Source: Eledone cirrhosa (lineage: Eukaryota). From it: a stretch of 64,000 bases of DNA. The number at the start of each line of letters is the position of its first letter. Position 1 is the stretch's first letter. Of this stretch, positions 31,392 through 45,745 are shown one piece after another. The position numbers and the translations under genes were made by a program. The notes under the pieces are model-generated. The model made no database searches and was not told where the DNA came from. It saw only the letters and a list, made by a program, of their open reading frames with translations. The DNA lies in contig OZ024742.1 in NCBI GenBank assembly GCA_964016885.1, forward strand, positions 218,178,001 to 218,242,000, given 5' to 3'.

Positions 31392-33435
31392 GTCTCATGG
31401 TCAGGTCGTTGGCGACTAAACTGACAACCCCACCAAGGTTTCTTGGTGAGGAGGGTGACTTTGGATATCCTGCAGGACTAAAAACAAAACCTGTCAAAGG
31501 GCAAAGGAGCTCTTAAGAGTCAATGGCCATCCAAAATCACCGGGAGAGATGACCCCTTAGCCTTTGTCAAGGCAGAATTCTAGGAGAAGGAAAACTCTGA
31601 TATAACACTTGCAACTCTGATGGTATCCAATGATGTTGACTAAAAAGTCACACTCGTTCAGCGCATCGGTAGAGGTTCCCCTACATGGATATAAAGTAGT
31701 GGCCGTACTCGAAAACGAGTTGGCAGCCACTATGTATGTGGCCGTTGATTCTGCTGAGTTCCTCTGCCCTTTGACAGGTTTTGATTTTCATCCCGCACAG
31801 TGTCCGAATACACCCTCCTCTCCAAGCAAACTTGGTGGGGTTGTCGATTTAGTCGCCGACGACCATGCAATTAAGTTTTTATTTTGTGGATCAAGAGACT
31901 CCGAGTCTTCATCAAGACATCTCTCTAGGAGAAGGTCACTCTGATATAAAGCATACGACTCCGTTTGCATCCAAGGATGTAGACCAGGCATCGCTTGATA
32001 TGTGACATTTATTGTGATGCATAGTATTGCTTGCCATGAGCAAGTCCCTAGCAGAACTAAAAAGTCACATCCATGATGCTCATACTTAAGTATCAAGCGA
32101 TGGCATTACTCGAAATCGAGTTGCAGCTATCATGTATGTATGTATGTATGTATGTATGTATGTATGTATGTATGTATGTATGTATGTATGTATGTATGTA
32201 TGTATGTATGTATGTATGTGTGTATGTATGTATGTATGTATGTATGTATGTATGTATGTTTTCCCAGTACAACCTGTCTCATGGTCGGGTCGTTGGCGAC
32301 TAAACTGGCAACCCCACCAAGGTTTCTTGGTGAGGAGGGTGACTTTGGACATCCTGCAGGACTAAAAACAAAACCTGTCAAAGGGCAAAGGAGCTCTTAA
32401 GAGTCAATGGCCATCCAAAATCACCGGGAGAGATGACCCCTTAGCCTTTGTCAAGGCAGAATTCTAGGAGAAGGAAAACTCTGATATAACACCGGCAACC
32501 CTGATGGTATCCAATGATGTTGACTTGTTCTTCTTTTTGGTAAATATCATCTTGGTTAAGAGAGTGGGACTGGCTTTGTGCAGTGCCTTTGCTCACTATA
32601 AAAACTTCACGGCACAGGTATTGCTTTATATCTGGAGATCTCTCTGCACTTGTCGTCACATGGTACCATGGGCCCAGCACTATGTGTGAATAATTGTCAC
32701 AAGTGTAGTGTTTGTGCCAGAGTTTTCAAGTCGCTGGCTGGACTAAAAAGTCACACTCGTTCAGCGCATCGGTAGGGGTTCTCCTACATGGATATAAAGT
32801 AGTGGCCGTACTCGAAAACGAGTTGGCAGCCACCATGTATGTATGTATGTATGTATGTATGTATGTATGTATGTATGTATGTATGTATGTATGTCAGGTC
32901 ACTCTCGAGTACTACTGGTAACATGTAACCCAGTACAACATGTCTCATGGTCGGATCGTCGGCTACTAAACCGGCAGCCCCACCAAGCTAGCTTGGTGAG
33001 GAGGGTGATATTTGGACGCCCTGTGGGATGAAATACAAGACCCGCCAAAGGGCGGAGGAGCTCAGCAGAGTCAACGGCCATCCAAATAGTAGTTTTTTTT
33101 TATTTTTGTCTTATTTTTTTCTCACCTGGAAGTGAAAGGCTCCCAGTGGTTGTCACAACACCTTTCTAGGAGAGGAAAACTATGGAAAAAACCTGCGGCT
33201 TTGGAAGCATCCGATGATGTTGATCAATTCTCCTTTTCGAGTAGTGTTTTCGATGCTCAGAGAGTGGGATTGGTCGAGTGCAAGGCCTTTCCCCACTTAA
33301 AATACCTTCAAAGCACAGGCATTGCTTGTTCAGGATATGTTACAGGTTCGTGTGGCTGGCCGTAGCCTAAAAGTGCACCAAACTCTGTGCAATACCCAAA
33401 CCAAAGTGCAATACTCTTAACAGAGTTTGCAGCCA
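31392..33435 (+). mobile_element. Cluster of four RTE-derived non-autonomous retroposons (family G) in (ATGT)n
   Basis: Copies at 31392-31730 (internally deleted), 31740-32130 (5' part inverted), 32263-32834 and 32895-33435 (diverged). Each has TCTAGGAGAAGGAAAACTCTGA or a close variant and ends GAGTTGGCAGCCAC or a close variant. Confidence 0.75.
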
Positions 33436-33594
33436 TCATGAATGAATGTATGAATGTATGTATGGCCAAACACATGTATGTATGTATGTATGTATGCATG
33501 TATGTATGTGTGTATGTATGTATTTATGCATGTATGGCAAACACATCATGTATGTATGTATGCATGTGTGTATGTATATATGTATGTATGTTTC

Positions 33595-34350
33595 TCTTTC
33601 TCTTAATTTCGAGTATATTTTTTTGACCGGCCACCTTCTTGGTGGCAAGGTTGTAAAAGAAAAGAAATTGTCATCCCTTGAATCGCAAGAATGGTTTGCA
33701 AATTTTGAAGGGGCCAGCTATCGCAACCATTTGTAGTCTATGAATTAGGGAGATGCGCTCTTTGTCCACAAATCCAAGTTCAGTTATACTTTGGTCCAAG
33801 TGGGTTGGTATAAAACCTGTAGCTCCAATAATGATGGATATGAAACTGAAGGTGTATCTTAGATACTGGATCTGCAAACTCCTCATCAATGGGCCGTAGA
33901 TGTCCTCCTCCTTCTGTATTTTTCTTACAACGTTGACATCAAGTGGGCAGCTGATCTCTACAACAGAGCACGTTTTCAATGTGTGGTCCCAAACAACAAT
34001 ATCAGGCCGGCTGTGCTTTAATTTGGTGGCAGCTTTTATTTTCAGTATCCACCAGTATTCTTTAGTGCCATCTGTCTCAACATATTCCTCCTCATTTGTT
34101 TTTAATTTTGTTTTCCTTAAGTGCGTTCCAGATGGTCCTCGCTATCACATGGTGTCTCATAGGGAGGTAGTAGCGAGACGACATTCTTTCGCAGTTGGCA
34201 ACAATGTGGCTTACAACTTCGATCTTTGTTTTACATAGTCTACATTTATTGTCGACTGGTGGCCCTCCTCTTTTGTGTAGCAGATATTTGGTAGGGATCT
34301 TTTGTTCCTGTATTGCATAGAGATATCCTTCAAGGTGGGGTGTCATAAAC
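33595..34350 (-). mobile_element. 3' end of an R4/Dong-like RLE non-LTR retrotransposon
   Basis: AIQEQ..KCRLC....E...HIVANC..RH (CCHC knuckle), then RPDIVVWD...VVEISCP..K..Y..IIIGATG (restriction-like endonuclease); flanked by (CATA)n. Confidence 0.8.
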
Positions 34351-34819
34351 ATTTATGTATGCATGTATTTATGTGTTTATGTATGTATGCATGTATTCAT
34401 GTATGTATGTGTGCGTGTATATTTGTGTGTGTGTAGATATAAATTGTACTCTTTTAGACATGCCAACTATGTAAAATAGCTGAAGAGAACTAATAAATAT
34501 GTCCGTTGCTGTTAATAGTTGGCATTAAATATCAGATCTATTCCAATCAGAATTGATTATTTGACTAAAAATTTTGATTAATTAATTTCATTTCAGTTAT
34601 AATTCCTGTTTGTTGTTTTCAGATTTTAAGCACCGTCGGAGGGAGATTTTGGCTCCTGATTGTCAAGATAATCTCAATACGAGAATCCTTCGCACAGGTA
34701 TTTCCCTCCATAGTATTGTTGGTGTAACTAACGGTGGTGGCATCAGTGGTGGTGGTGGTGATGTGTAGTAGTGGTGGCAGGGAGAAAAAAGAAGGTAATC
34801 ATGCCTGCTATTGCTGACG

Positions 34820-35053
34820 TATCTGGTTTATATGGCGGAACGATCTTTGGCGTTGAGAATCCTTGTCACATGTCACCTCATGATCCCAACGTAAGTGATG
34901 GAGAACGCGTTGCTCCAGATTGGTGAGGGTGACGCTTTGAAATAGCCATTGGATCTTGCGTGGTTCACTCTTATGGATGGCCAACTCCATCACGATAGTA
35001 ATGAGTTGGGAGGATGTTCGGGGACCAACAGCTAGATTTCCACAGCTAGATCC

Positions 35054-35055
<2 letters not shown>
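34820..35055 (-). mobile_element. CRE-like RLE retrotransposon 3' fragment
   Basis: ..GP..EPRKIQWLFQ.. resembles the CRE C-terminal PRExxWLFQR.S..IQRGNA motif. Confidence 0.45.
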
Positions 35056-35125
<70 letters not shown>

Positions 35126-35459
35126 GTGTGTTCCGACGGCTGAGATATTCAAAACAACAAACAGCGGAGGACGCGTTTCGCACCTGTCCGACAGACAACC
35201 TTTCCCCCACCCCGGAAAAAAACCCCCAGTTGATGGATGTGAATCCGAAATATATAGGGACAATTAAATCTCTCCCAAGGTAACTCTCTCTCTCGTGTTG
35301 TTATTTTTATTTTATCCTTTATACTCTTTCCTTCATTCTTCTACACATCTTATACACACCACGCATCTCAACGTACACCCACTTACATCTCTCTCTCCAC
35401 CACCGGATCTTGTTACCCGGAGATTTACCCATTTGCATTGTCGAGGCTTCCAAACGACT

Positions 35460-35513
<54 letters not shown>

Positions 35514-35516
<3 letters not shown>

Positions 35517-35727
35517 GTAGAACACTGGAAGGTAATATCCGTAGTGGTAGAGCACTCAGTCCATGGGACGAGTTAGGTGAGTTAGGTAGAAGTGGTTACA
35601 CAACAGTTAGTTCACCATACCGAGAACAATTGTTTCACCTTAGCGGATCCTCAGCTCGTAATGGACATGGTTATAAATGTGAAACAATTGTTCTCGGTAT
35701 GGTGAACTAACTGTTGTGTAACCACTT
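35514..35727 (-). mobile_element. Fold-back Penelope-type family E fragment with HHR at 35615-35664
   Basis: Inverted arms ~35590-35638 and 35679-35727. Minus strand: CCATTACGAG-CTGAGGA-TCCGCTAAGGT-GAA-ACAATTGT-T-CTCGGTATGG. Confidence 0.75.
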
Positions 35728-35740
35728 ATATATGTGTACA

Positions 35741-35842
<102 letters not shown>

Positions 35843-35847
35843 TAACT

Positions 35848-36925
35848 TTCTTTTTATTTGCCACCAAGGCGTAAAAGAGTGGGACAAGTACAATGTTTAC
35901 ATAAAAAGGTGTCCTGACTAAGGAGGAGGCAATAACAAAATATAAAAATATAAAATATAAAATATAACAAAAATAAATTGAATAACAAAATCCTCAATAG
36001 GGAGGAAGCGCCTTGGGGGGTCGCACACACCCCCGAAAAAGTGTGCAACCCTTCTCCTCAGGACCACAGAGAGAGTGTGCTCCCTTGATCTTTCATCTTT
36101 CTCACCTACAGTCTGATGTAGAGTGAAGGCCCATTCACACGGGCCATTCTTGCCACTTTCACCCATCTTTCATAAAAACGGCTGGGGTGCAGCACCTCTC
36201 TCTCCATCCTGATCCTTCTTCTGAAATGATATCGGAAGAAACGGACCAGTTGTTGGCCAGAGAGAAAGGTGTCTGACCTCAGTCCTTTCAGACGCGTCCA
36301 CCATACAACCTCTTTCACCATGGCTATTACGCACAGAAACACCGCCTTTCCTTCGTTTTTGAAGAGGGGAGGCGGCTTGATCGTTACAATCGACTTGGTG
36401 GTCAACCGATCGGTCCCACCCGTGACAGCAGTCGTTCGACATAGCCTCACAGATCGGCAATGCCCGAGCAGTGTACCAATGTGTGTGCAACGGTTTCCTC
36501 GTCGCACACGCATCTGGGACAGATCTTTTTCGAGGAGTCCCTACCCGGGCGTCCGTGTCTGTAGAGCCTTTCTCGAACGGGCAGAGCCTCTAGGTAGCAC
36601 TGCCAGGCCAGAGACCTCTGGAAATTATCCATAGGTCCCAGGCTGAATATCCTACCGAACAGGTTGCCAGTTCGTTTTCCTCCATGCCTAGGGCTTCTCC
36701 GAGGGCGTCGTCGCACCTGCTAACCACCAGCCCTCTATAGAATGACGAGGTGGATTCTCCACTGACAGCTGGGTCCGCCTGCCAGAGATCCGTGAGCTCC
36801 TGGGCACACTCGGTGTGCCAGGCGCCCAGTTTTCTCGGTCTTTGCTTGACCCAGGATTGCAGCTCGGTGAGCGTGACGAGTCTGGGAAAGGCTCGCCTCA
36901 CAAACGGGGCCCACACGGGTTGACA
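35848..36925 (-). mobile_element. 5'-truncated L1/Tx1-clade LINE (ORF2 C-terminus and 3' UTR)
   Basis: RSLAWQC...LPVRERL..CPRC..DEETVAHTLVHC zinc-knuckle region; AATAAAAAAG terminus next to an (AG)n tract. Confidence 0.85.
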
Positions 36926-37430
36926 TCTACACATATCTACATATCTACACATGCATGCATACATATCTACCTAGTTGATGTGTAAATTCCAATGAGAGAG
37001 TCTTGTGTCTATGTTAGAAACCGACTCTCTCTCTATTGGTAAAACTTTGTGAAATTATAAAACCAGAAGAACATACATACATACACACATACATCCATAC
37101 AGGACTACCACACATGCAAGTACACACATACACACACATGTTGGAGATGTAACTGGGAGAACATGTAGAAAAGATAGAGAAATAACCATCTAATCCCACC
37201 CCTCTCACATACAAAACGAAACAAAAACAAAACAAGACTCAAACATAAATATTCTTGTAATACAAACACAGGTTATTGACTGACGACAACATGGCGACTA
37301 AACTGTCGGAGTGTAGAGAAAGAGAGGTAGGGAGTGAGAGACGTAAAGAGAGGCAGTTAGAAATGTAGAGAAGGATATATACACTGATATATAGATATGT
37401 ACAGAGACAGGTATAGAGGGAAGTGTGAGG

Positions 37431-37437
<7 letters not shown>

Positions 37438-37521
<84 letters not shown>

Positions 37522-37700
37522 GTATACAAAGGGAGTGACTGAGAGAGAGAGAAGTATACAAAGAGAGTGACTAAGAGAGAGAGAGAGAGAGAGAGAAGTA
37601 TACAAAGAGAGTGACTGAGAGAGAGAGAGATGAGAGAAGTATACAAAGAAAGAGAGAGAGAGAAAGAAAGAAAGAGAGAGGGAGACAGAGTGAGTGAGAG
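37438..37700. repeat. (GA)n with four embedded GAAGTATACAAAGAGAGTGACT-like units
   Basis: Directly visible. Confidence 0.85.
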
Positions 37701-38419
37701 AGGGAGTATACTTACAGGAAGTGCGGGAACACAATTATAAATTTCAAGACATTGAGAGAAAGTGTGTGTGTATGTGAGAGAGAAAGAGAGACAGCGCGAG
37801 AGGGAGAGGGGGGGGGGGGAAGAGAGACACATATACAGAAAGACAATGAAAGGGAGAGGTATACGTACGGTAAAAGAATTAATGAGAGACAGATAGTGAG
37901 AAGACAAGGGGATAAAGAGAAAGGTATCTATGTGCAGAGATAAAGTGAGATAGTTAGCTAGTTATATATATATATATATATATATATATAGATATATATA
38001 CAAATGGAAGTACAGCATATTCGAAGCCAGAGCCTCAGCTAAGCCGACGAATGCATTCAGCAGTGCAGCCAAGCACTCGACAAGGTATAACGCCTCAGGG
38101 TAATAACATACAGTTTAAAGGGATTTGCAAAATGAAGACAGCGACCGGTAAATTGGCCGGGATCCGTAGCTACGAAAGAACTGACTCGTGAGAAAAAGAT
38201 TCATACACACATACATATACATATACACACATACATATATATATATATATAAATATACACATATATATATATAAATATACACATACACACACACATACAC
38301 ATATATATATATATATTCAAATCGTGTTTGGATTTTACAACAATTTTTCCAGACCACTGTCTAGGATTTAAAGCTTTAGTGGCTCTAAATGTAATCTGGG
38401 CTACTTTACTAAGCTTCCA

Positions 38420-38480
<61 letters not shown>

Positions 38481-38621
38481 ATTGTTTCTACTTTAGGCAC
38501 AAGGCCAGCAATTACCCAGTGCATTACTGGTACTTTATTTTATCGACCCCGTAAGGATGAAAGGCAAAGTCAACCTCGGCGGGATTTGAACTCATATCGT
38601 AAAGGGACGTAACATATATAT

Positions 38622-39110
38622 AGTAATAATAATAAATTTGAAGACTAAAATCCAAAGAGGGCTCGATAAGGATAAATATATATCAAATATATAAGAACCG
38701 TAGAGCAAATATTTATTAAAATAACAGATTAAAGTTTAAGCAAAGAATCGCTGCTTTCACTCTTAACGGGATCTTCTGAAACTAAAAATATCAATCTGTG
38801 ACGCAGAAGTAAATATTTCAAAAAAACGTTGCAACCGAAGGAAGACCGGAAGACGATACTTTGGTTCGTGGGAACGTTCTCTGGCAATGAACGGAAAAAA
38901 CGAAGATAATACGTCATTATGTGGATCGCGGAGAACAATTGCACACAAAGAGAAAACCACGTAAATCGTATAACTGAAGTCGTAGACTAAAATTCTAACT
39001 GGGAAACCGAATGATTCTCGGCTTCAGAGTTAAGAATAAAGTAAATAAATACAGAGGTAATTGAAATTAAATAAATACATATATATATATAGATATATAT
39101 ATAAATGAAA
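38622..39110 (-). mobile_element. Longest family B fragment; HHR-like motif at 38733-38783
   Basis: Minus strand: AGTTT-CAGAAGA-TCCCGTTAAGAGT-GAA-AGCA..TGCT-T-AAACT. Confidence 0.65.
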
Positions 39111-39149
39111 GTATAGAAATTGTTGTGAGCGTGAAGCCAACAGTATATA

Positions 39150-39223
<74 letters not shown>

Positions 39224-39419
39224 TGGAAGCTTAGTAAAATCGAAGCTTTGGCTGTGGCCAAGCAAAGTCGACCTACAATAAGAAATGAGTAGCAAAGCAC
39301 TCAATGAGGGTAGGAAATAACATTACGTTTAGATAGCTTGACAAATTGAAAATTGCAGTAGACAAAACCCAACCATACAATACCAAAACAACGAAAGAAC
39401 TAATCAGGTATACATATAT

Positions 39420-40300
<881 letters not shown>

Positions 40301-40557
40301 CATGCTTTATTTTTATTTATTATTTATTATATTTTTGTCTTTATTTGTTAATTTTTCATTCGCACCGTTTCCTTTTGCTATATGTCTCTCCACCACTCCC
40401 CTACACACCTTTTGAACTCTCACCTGAAGAAGGGCTTATGCCGGAAACGTCGTCCCCCACCTACCCCCCACTCTGAGCGTGAATTTAATAAACATTTATC
40501 GTACTGCCTCTCTGTTCTGTCCCTGTTCAATTTTTCATTATATATATATATATATAT

Positions 40558-40779
<222 letters not shown>

Positions 40780-40989
40780 GATCGAGTATCGAAAAATCGG
40801 CGCACGAGTTCACGATAAACAATATTCGAAATGAGCGGCAGAGGGCTCAATAATTCAGATGAATCAGAGTTATAACTATCGTTAAAATACCGTCACATAT
40901 AGAACAAGTCTACAATCAACCATACGATAAAAAATCGATAATAGAAGATTCGGGACAAACAGATAAAAAATATCAATAAAACAATACAT

Positions 40990-41028
<39 letters not shown>

Positions 41029-41468
41029 GGAAAATTTGAACAGGAACAAAACAGAGAGGCAGTACAACGAATGTTTATTAACTTCACGCTCTGGAGAGTG
41101 GGGTGGTGGTGGGGAACGACGTTTCGGGCATAAGCCCTTCCTCAGGTGAAAAGTGTATGGGAAGAGAGTTCAAAAGGTGTGTAGGGGAGTGGTGGAGAGA
41201 CATATAGCGAAAAGGGGGTGGGAGGAAATGGTGCGAATGAAATTAAAAATAAAAATAAATATAAAAATAAAGCATGATCAAAATAAAATGAAATGAAATA
41301 AAAATAAATATAAAGGCATGATCGAAATAAACTGAAATTAAAAAGGGGTAAAACAGGTGGTGGAAGGGTGTGGGGTGTGTAGGGGTGGTGGCGGGTGGAG
41401 TGGGGAGAGGGAGACGGGGTGTCCGAGCGGGGAGGGCTGAAGGTGGTGTGTGTGTGTAGGTGTACGTG

Positions 41469-41549
<81 letters not shown>

Positions 41550-41607
41550 GTATATATGTATATATATATACATATATATGCATATATATATATATATATA
41601 TATATAC

Positions 41608-41729
<122 letters not shown>

Positions 41730-42010
41730 TTATATATATGTATATCACGTTTCATCACAGGGTACCAATGGGCCTAGCACTATGTGTCAATAATTGTCAC
41801 AGGTGTAGTGTTTGTACCAGAGTTTTCAAGTCGCTGGCTGGACTAAAAAGTCACACTCGTTCAGCGCATCGGTAGGAGTTCTCCTACATGGATATAAAGT
41901 AGTGGCCGTACTCGAAAACGAGTTGGCAGCCACCATATATATATATGTATATATGTATATATATATATATATATACATATATATATGTATATATATATAT
42001 ATATATATAC

Positions 42011-42041
<31 letters not shown>

Positions 42042-42091
42042 TATGTATATGTATATATATATATATATGTGTATATATATATATATATATA

Positions 42092-42167
<76 letters not shown>

Positions 42168-42437
42168 ATATATATATAGTTAAAAGAATAGAGGTGTAAC
42201 ACACAAGTTATTATATATTGGTAAACGGAATAGAAAATGCTGACAAATTGTTCACAGTTGAAAAATGGTTTAATTAGGAATAAAAGAGTATTAGTAATTG
42301 TATGGGTTAGTATTCAGTTGTGGTTTTAAGTTTTTAAGTTTTTACCGGTTGCGCATTTCTAAATGCTTTTCAAAAATAATTTTGAGATAGAGTGTCCGTG
42401 TTGTTTGCTCTGATCTGATTAGTTTTGGGAATTCTAC

Positions 42438-42682
42438 CTGTTTTTATGTTAAAAAAGTGGCTCCTGCGCTACTTTGGTGTTGCAAAAATTCTTGTGGTCA
42501 AAACAATTTTGATTGGCCGGTAGAAGTCATGTGAATGTAAAAAATTGATTTTGCGCCAAGACTGTTTTTATGTTAAAAAAGTGGCTCCAGCGCTACTTGG
42601 TGTTTACAAAAATTCTTGTGGTCAAAACAATTTTGATTGTTCGGTAGCGGTCATGTGAATAAAAAATTGGTTTTGCGCCAAG
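42438..42682. repeat. Tandem duplication of a ~124-bp unit
   Basis: CTGTTTTTATGTTAAAAAAGTGGCTCC...TTTTGCGCCAAGA occurs twice; it adjoins a diverged family C HHR-like motif at ~42340-42377(-). Confidence 0.85.
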
Positions 42683-42794
42683 ATTGAGAAATGACTCTTT
42701 CACAACAAATATGTGTGTGTGTGTGTAGTAGTAGTAAGGTGTTCGATGTTGTGATCATGGTTAGCAGGGATGTGTGTCAAATGGCTATTAAGAT

Positions 42795-42893
<99 letters not shown>

Positions 42894-43262
42894 GCAGAGT
42901 AATTCGTGGTAGCAGGGATGGTCAGTAAGAATTACAGACACATTCCAGATTCCAAAGAAGAAAGATATCGAGCGTCAATCGAAATTATTTAAGTTAAAGA
43001 CTGTTTCTAAGCCGAAGGTTCATCAGGCCGGTGTTTATCCCCGGATTCCTTTGCTGTTAGGCGACTGAGACTACAAGACTCTCCCTGGATAGGATGCCAG
43101 TCTATCATAGGTTTAATTCCTCAGCTCCTGCTGGTATTCGCTCTCAGTTGAATGTATTGTATTAACATGAAATCAAGTGTTTTACTGAAGAACACAACGC
43201 AGCAGCTGTCCAGGAATTGAACTGATGACATTACAATCCTTGCTGTATTATTTACTTACGTT

Positions 43263-43640
43263 AAGGGCGGCGGATTGGCAGTATCGGTAGAGAGTCGGAC
43301 GCCATGCTTTGTAGCATAGAGTTACGCCCCTTTATGATCTGAGTTCAAATCCCGCCGAGGTTAACTTTGCCTTTCATCCTTATGGGGTCGATAAAATAAA
43401 GTACCAGTAATGCACTGGGTATTTGCTGGCCTTGTGCCAAAAGTAGAAACAATTATTTACTTACGTTGGGCGGTGAATTGGCAGTATCGGCAGAGGATTG
43501 GACGCCATGCTTTCTAGCATAGTTACGTCCCTTTGCGGTCTGAGTTCATCCTTACGGGGTTGATAAAATAAAGTACCAGTAATACACAGGGATAATTGTT
43601 GGCCTTGTGCTAAAAGTAGAAACAATTATTTACTTACGTT
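43263..43640 (+). mobile_element. Two tandem S1 SINEs sharing a 16-bp target duplication
   Basis: ATTATTTACTTACGTT at 43247-43262, 43452-43467 and 43625-43640. Confidence 0.85.
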
Positions 43641-44323
43641 TCTTTACGTTCAAATTCTACTTGGAGCAAAGTGTCTGACACGTTTTCGAGTTCGATAAGG
43701 TTAGCAGCTGTAGTTTAGATAGGACTGCTTTCATCTACTATACACAACTAGAAAATATGTGAACATGCAGGAATATTAGAAATCATCATCGTAACCTCCA
43801 CCACCACACTCAGCACATCATCATCATCATCATTTGCGTAACATTATTAGCAGTTTTCCGCCGAGGTTAGCTTTGCCTTTCATCTTTACGGGGTCAATGA
43901 ATATAAATTACCAGTATCGGACTGGGGTTGATTTAATCGACTTTCCCCTCCCCAAAATTGTTGGTCATGTACCTAAATCAGAAACGATTATTAACAATTT
44001 CTTTATTCTATAATTATTCGATTATGAGTACCAAATTTTATTGTCACTTTCCTGTGTACAACTATTTTCTATTGATCTCTACAGCAGAGATCAATAGATA
44101 GGTCACAGAAGTTTGCGGAAACACTTTGATATTCATAATCAAATAAGCAAATATATTACAAAGAGAAGAAAAACTAACTTATAATCAATCAGTGACGAGT
44201 GCTTATTATTGGTAAAGTGGAATATATCAATCAATATACAATACTTCTCTTTTTTCAACATAGGAACACACGATTTCGAGTCGAGACTCCATAACCATAT
44301 ACATATATATATATTTCTCTCTT

Positions 44324-44365
<42 letters not shown>

Positions 44366-44367
<2 letters not shown>

Positions 44368-44554
44368 CGAGGGAAAAGTGGTAAGGAACCAGGTGCACCA
44401 TAACGCACCAAAGTACTCAATACTTAGGGTAGTAGAGTGGGTAATAGGAGTAAGTAAGACTCCGACGGCTGAGCTCAAGCCGTTTCGACGGCTAATTCTG
44501 TACAGAATTAGCCGTCGAAACGGCTTGAGCTCAGCCGTCGGAGTCTTACTTACT

Positions 44555-44558
<4 letters not shown>
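44366..44558. mobile_element. Fold-back family A fragment
   Basis: Perfect palindrome centred on AATTCTGTACAGAATT (~44500); longer arm on the minus strand; in (TA)n. Confidence 0.85.
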
Positions 44559-44603
<45 letters not shown>

Positions 44604-45024
44604 CGTGTTGTGGTCTGCGAGAATCTTCCTCTTTTCATTAGAGGCAGAGTGGGGGACTGCCGTGATCTGCTGGATAGCTTATCCAGTAGTGAAGTCTGGC
44701 GCACACTCGCACGGAACTATCACATAATATTGGGTAATCCCACTGAAGACGTGTAGCAGTTCGATTTTGTAAATATCTGCTGATTTTGTGTGATTTTCTG
44801 AACATTGTAGAAGTAAAATCTGCATTTGTAAAATTATATTACACAGAAACGATCATCCAGGAGGAAGATATTTACATCTGTCTCTAAGTAAACACAGCCA
44901 ACTGTCTACAGTAAACTAAATGTGTGCACTGTGAATAGTTGATTGCAGCTGCATAACTGCAGTTTACCAGATTAATTGAGTGAGCTAGACGCTGTATTTA
45001 TACCAGCGATCTTCGTTACTTTTG

Positions 45025-45068
<44 letters not shown>

Positions 45069-45356
45069 TGGGGGAGGGGGTGATCTTTAGTAATGTAGAG
45101 AATAATATATCAATAAAGTATAATTGTCAGAAGTAATAAGACATTGTTTATCATTTGAATAACAAATATAATACATAATAACGTTTATTATAATAATTTG
45201 ACCCTAGTGATAAACAATATCATTGCTTCCAACAATTATACTTTACACACACACATACATATATATATATATGAATGGACCTGTTATTTTTATCTAAAAA
45301 TATTTTTTCTCATTACATCCCGCCCGTCCCTTCAATCTATCTAATTTCTCATTCTT

Positions 45357-45392
45357 TCTTCTGATGAAAGACTAGCGTCCGAAACGTTAAGA
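45357..45392 (+). ncRNA. Minimal hammerhead motif with ACGT palindromic helix III
   Basis: TCTT-CTGATGA-AA-GAC-TAGC-GTC-C-GAA-ACGT-T-AAGA inside a ~200-bp insert between microsatellites. Confidence 0.6.
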
Positions 45393-45477
45393 CCTTCTTC
45401 CTGCTATATCAAGCGTTAACCTAATATATCCCTTCCATATACTGTACCGATTGTGTTGTTATTTCTGTTTACCTTTT

Positions 45478-45523
<46 letters not shown>

Positions 45524-45710
45524 TTATTAAAATAACAGATTAATCTGTTATTTTAATAAATATTTGCTCTACGGTTCTTATATATTTGATATATATTTAT
45601 CCTTATCGATTTACACCAAACTCTACCCCTCTCTATATATACTACATGGAGCTCTCTTCCAACCCCCCCCCTCTAAATCATTGGATTTTAGTCTTCAAAT
45701 TTATTATTAT

Positions 45711-45745
<35 letters not shown>

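Noticed and set aside
35135-35200. Hammerhead on the minus strand (GCGAAACGCGTC)
   Set aside because: Only the 3' half with the ACGCGT palindrome is present; no CUGAnGA-like core upstream.
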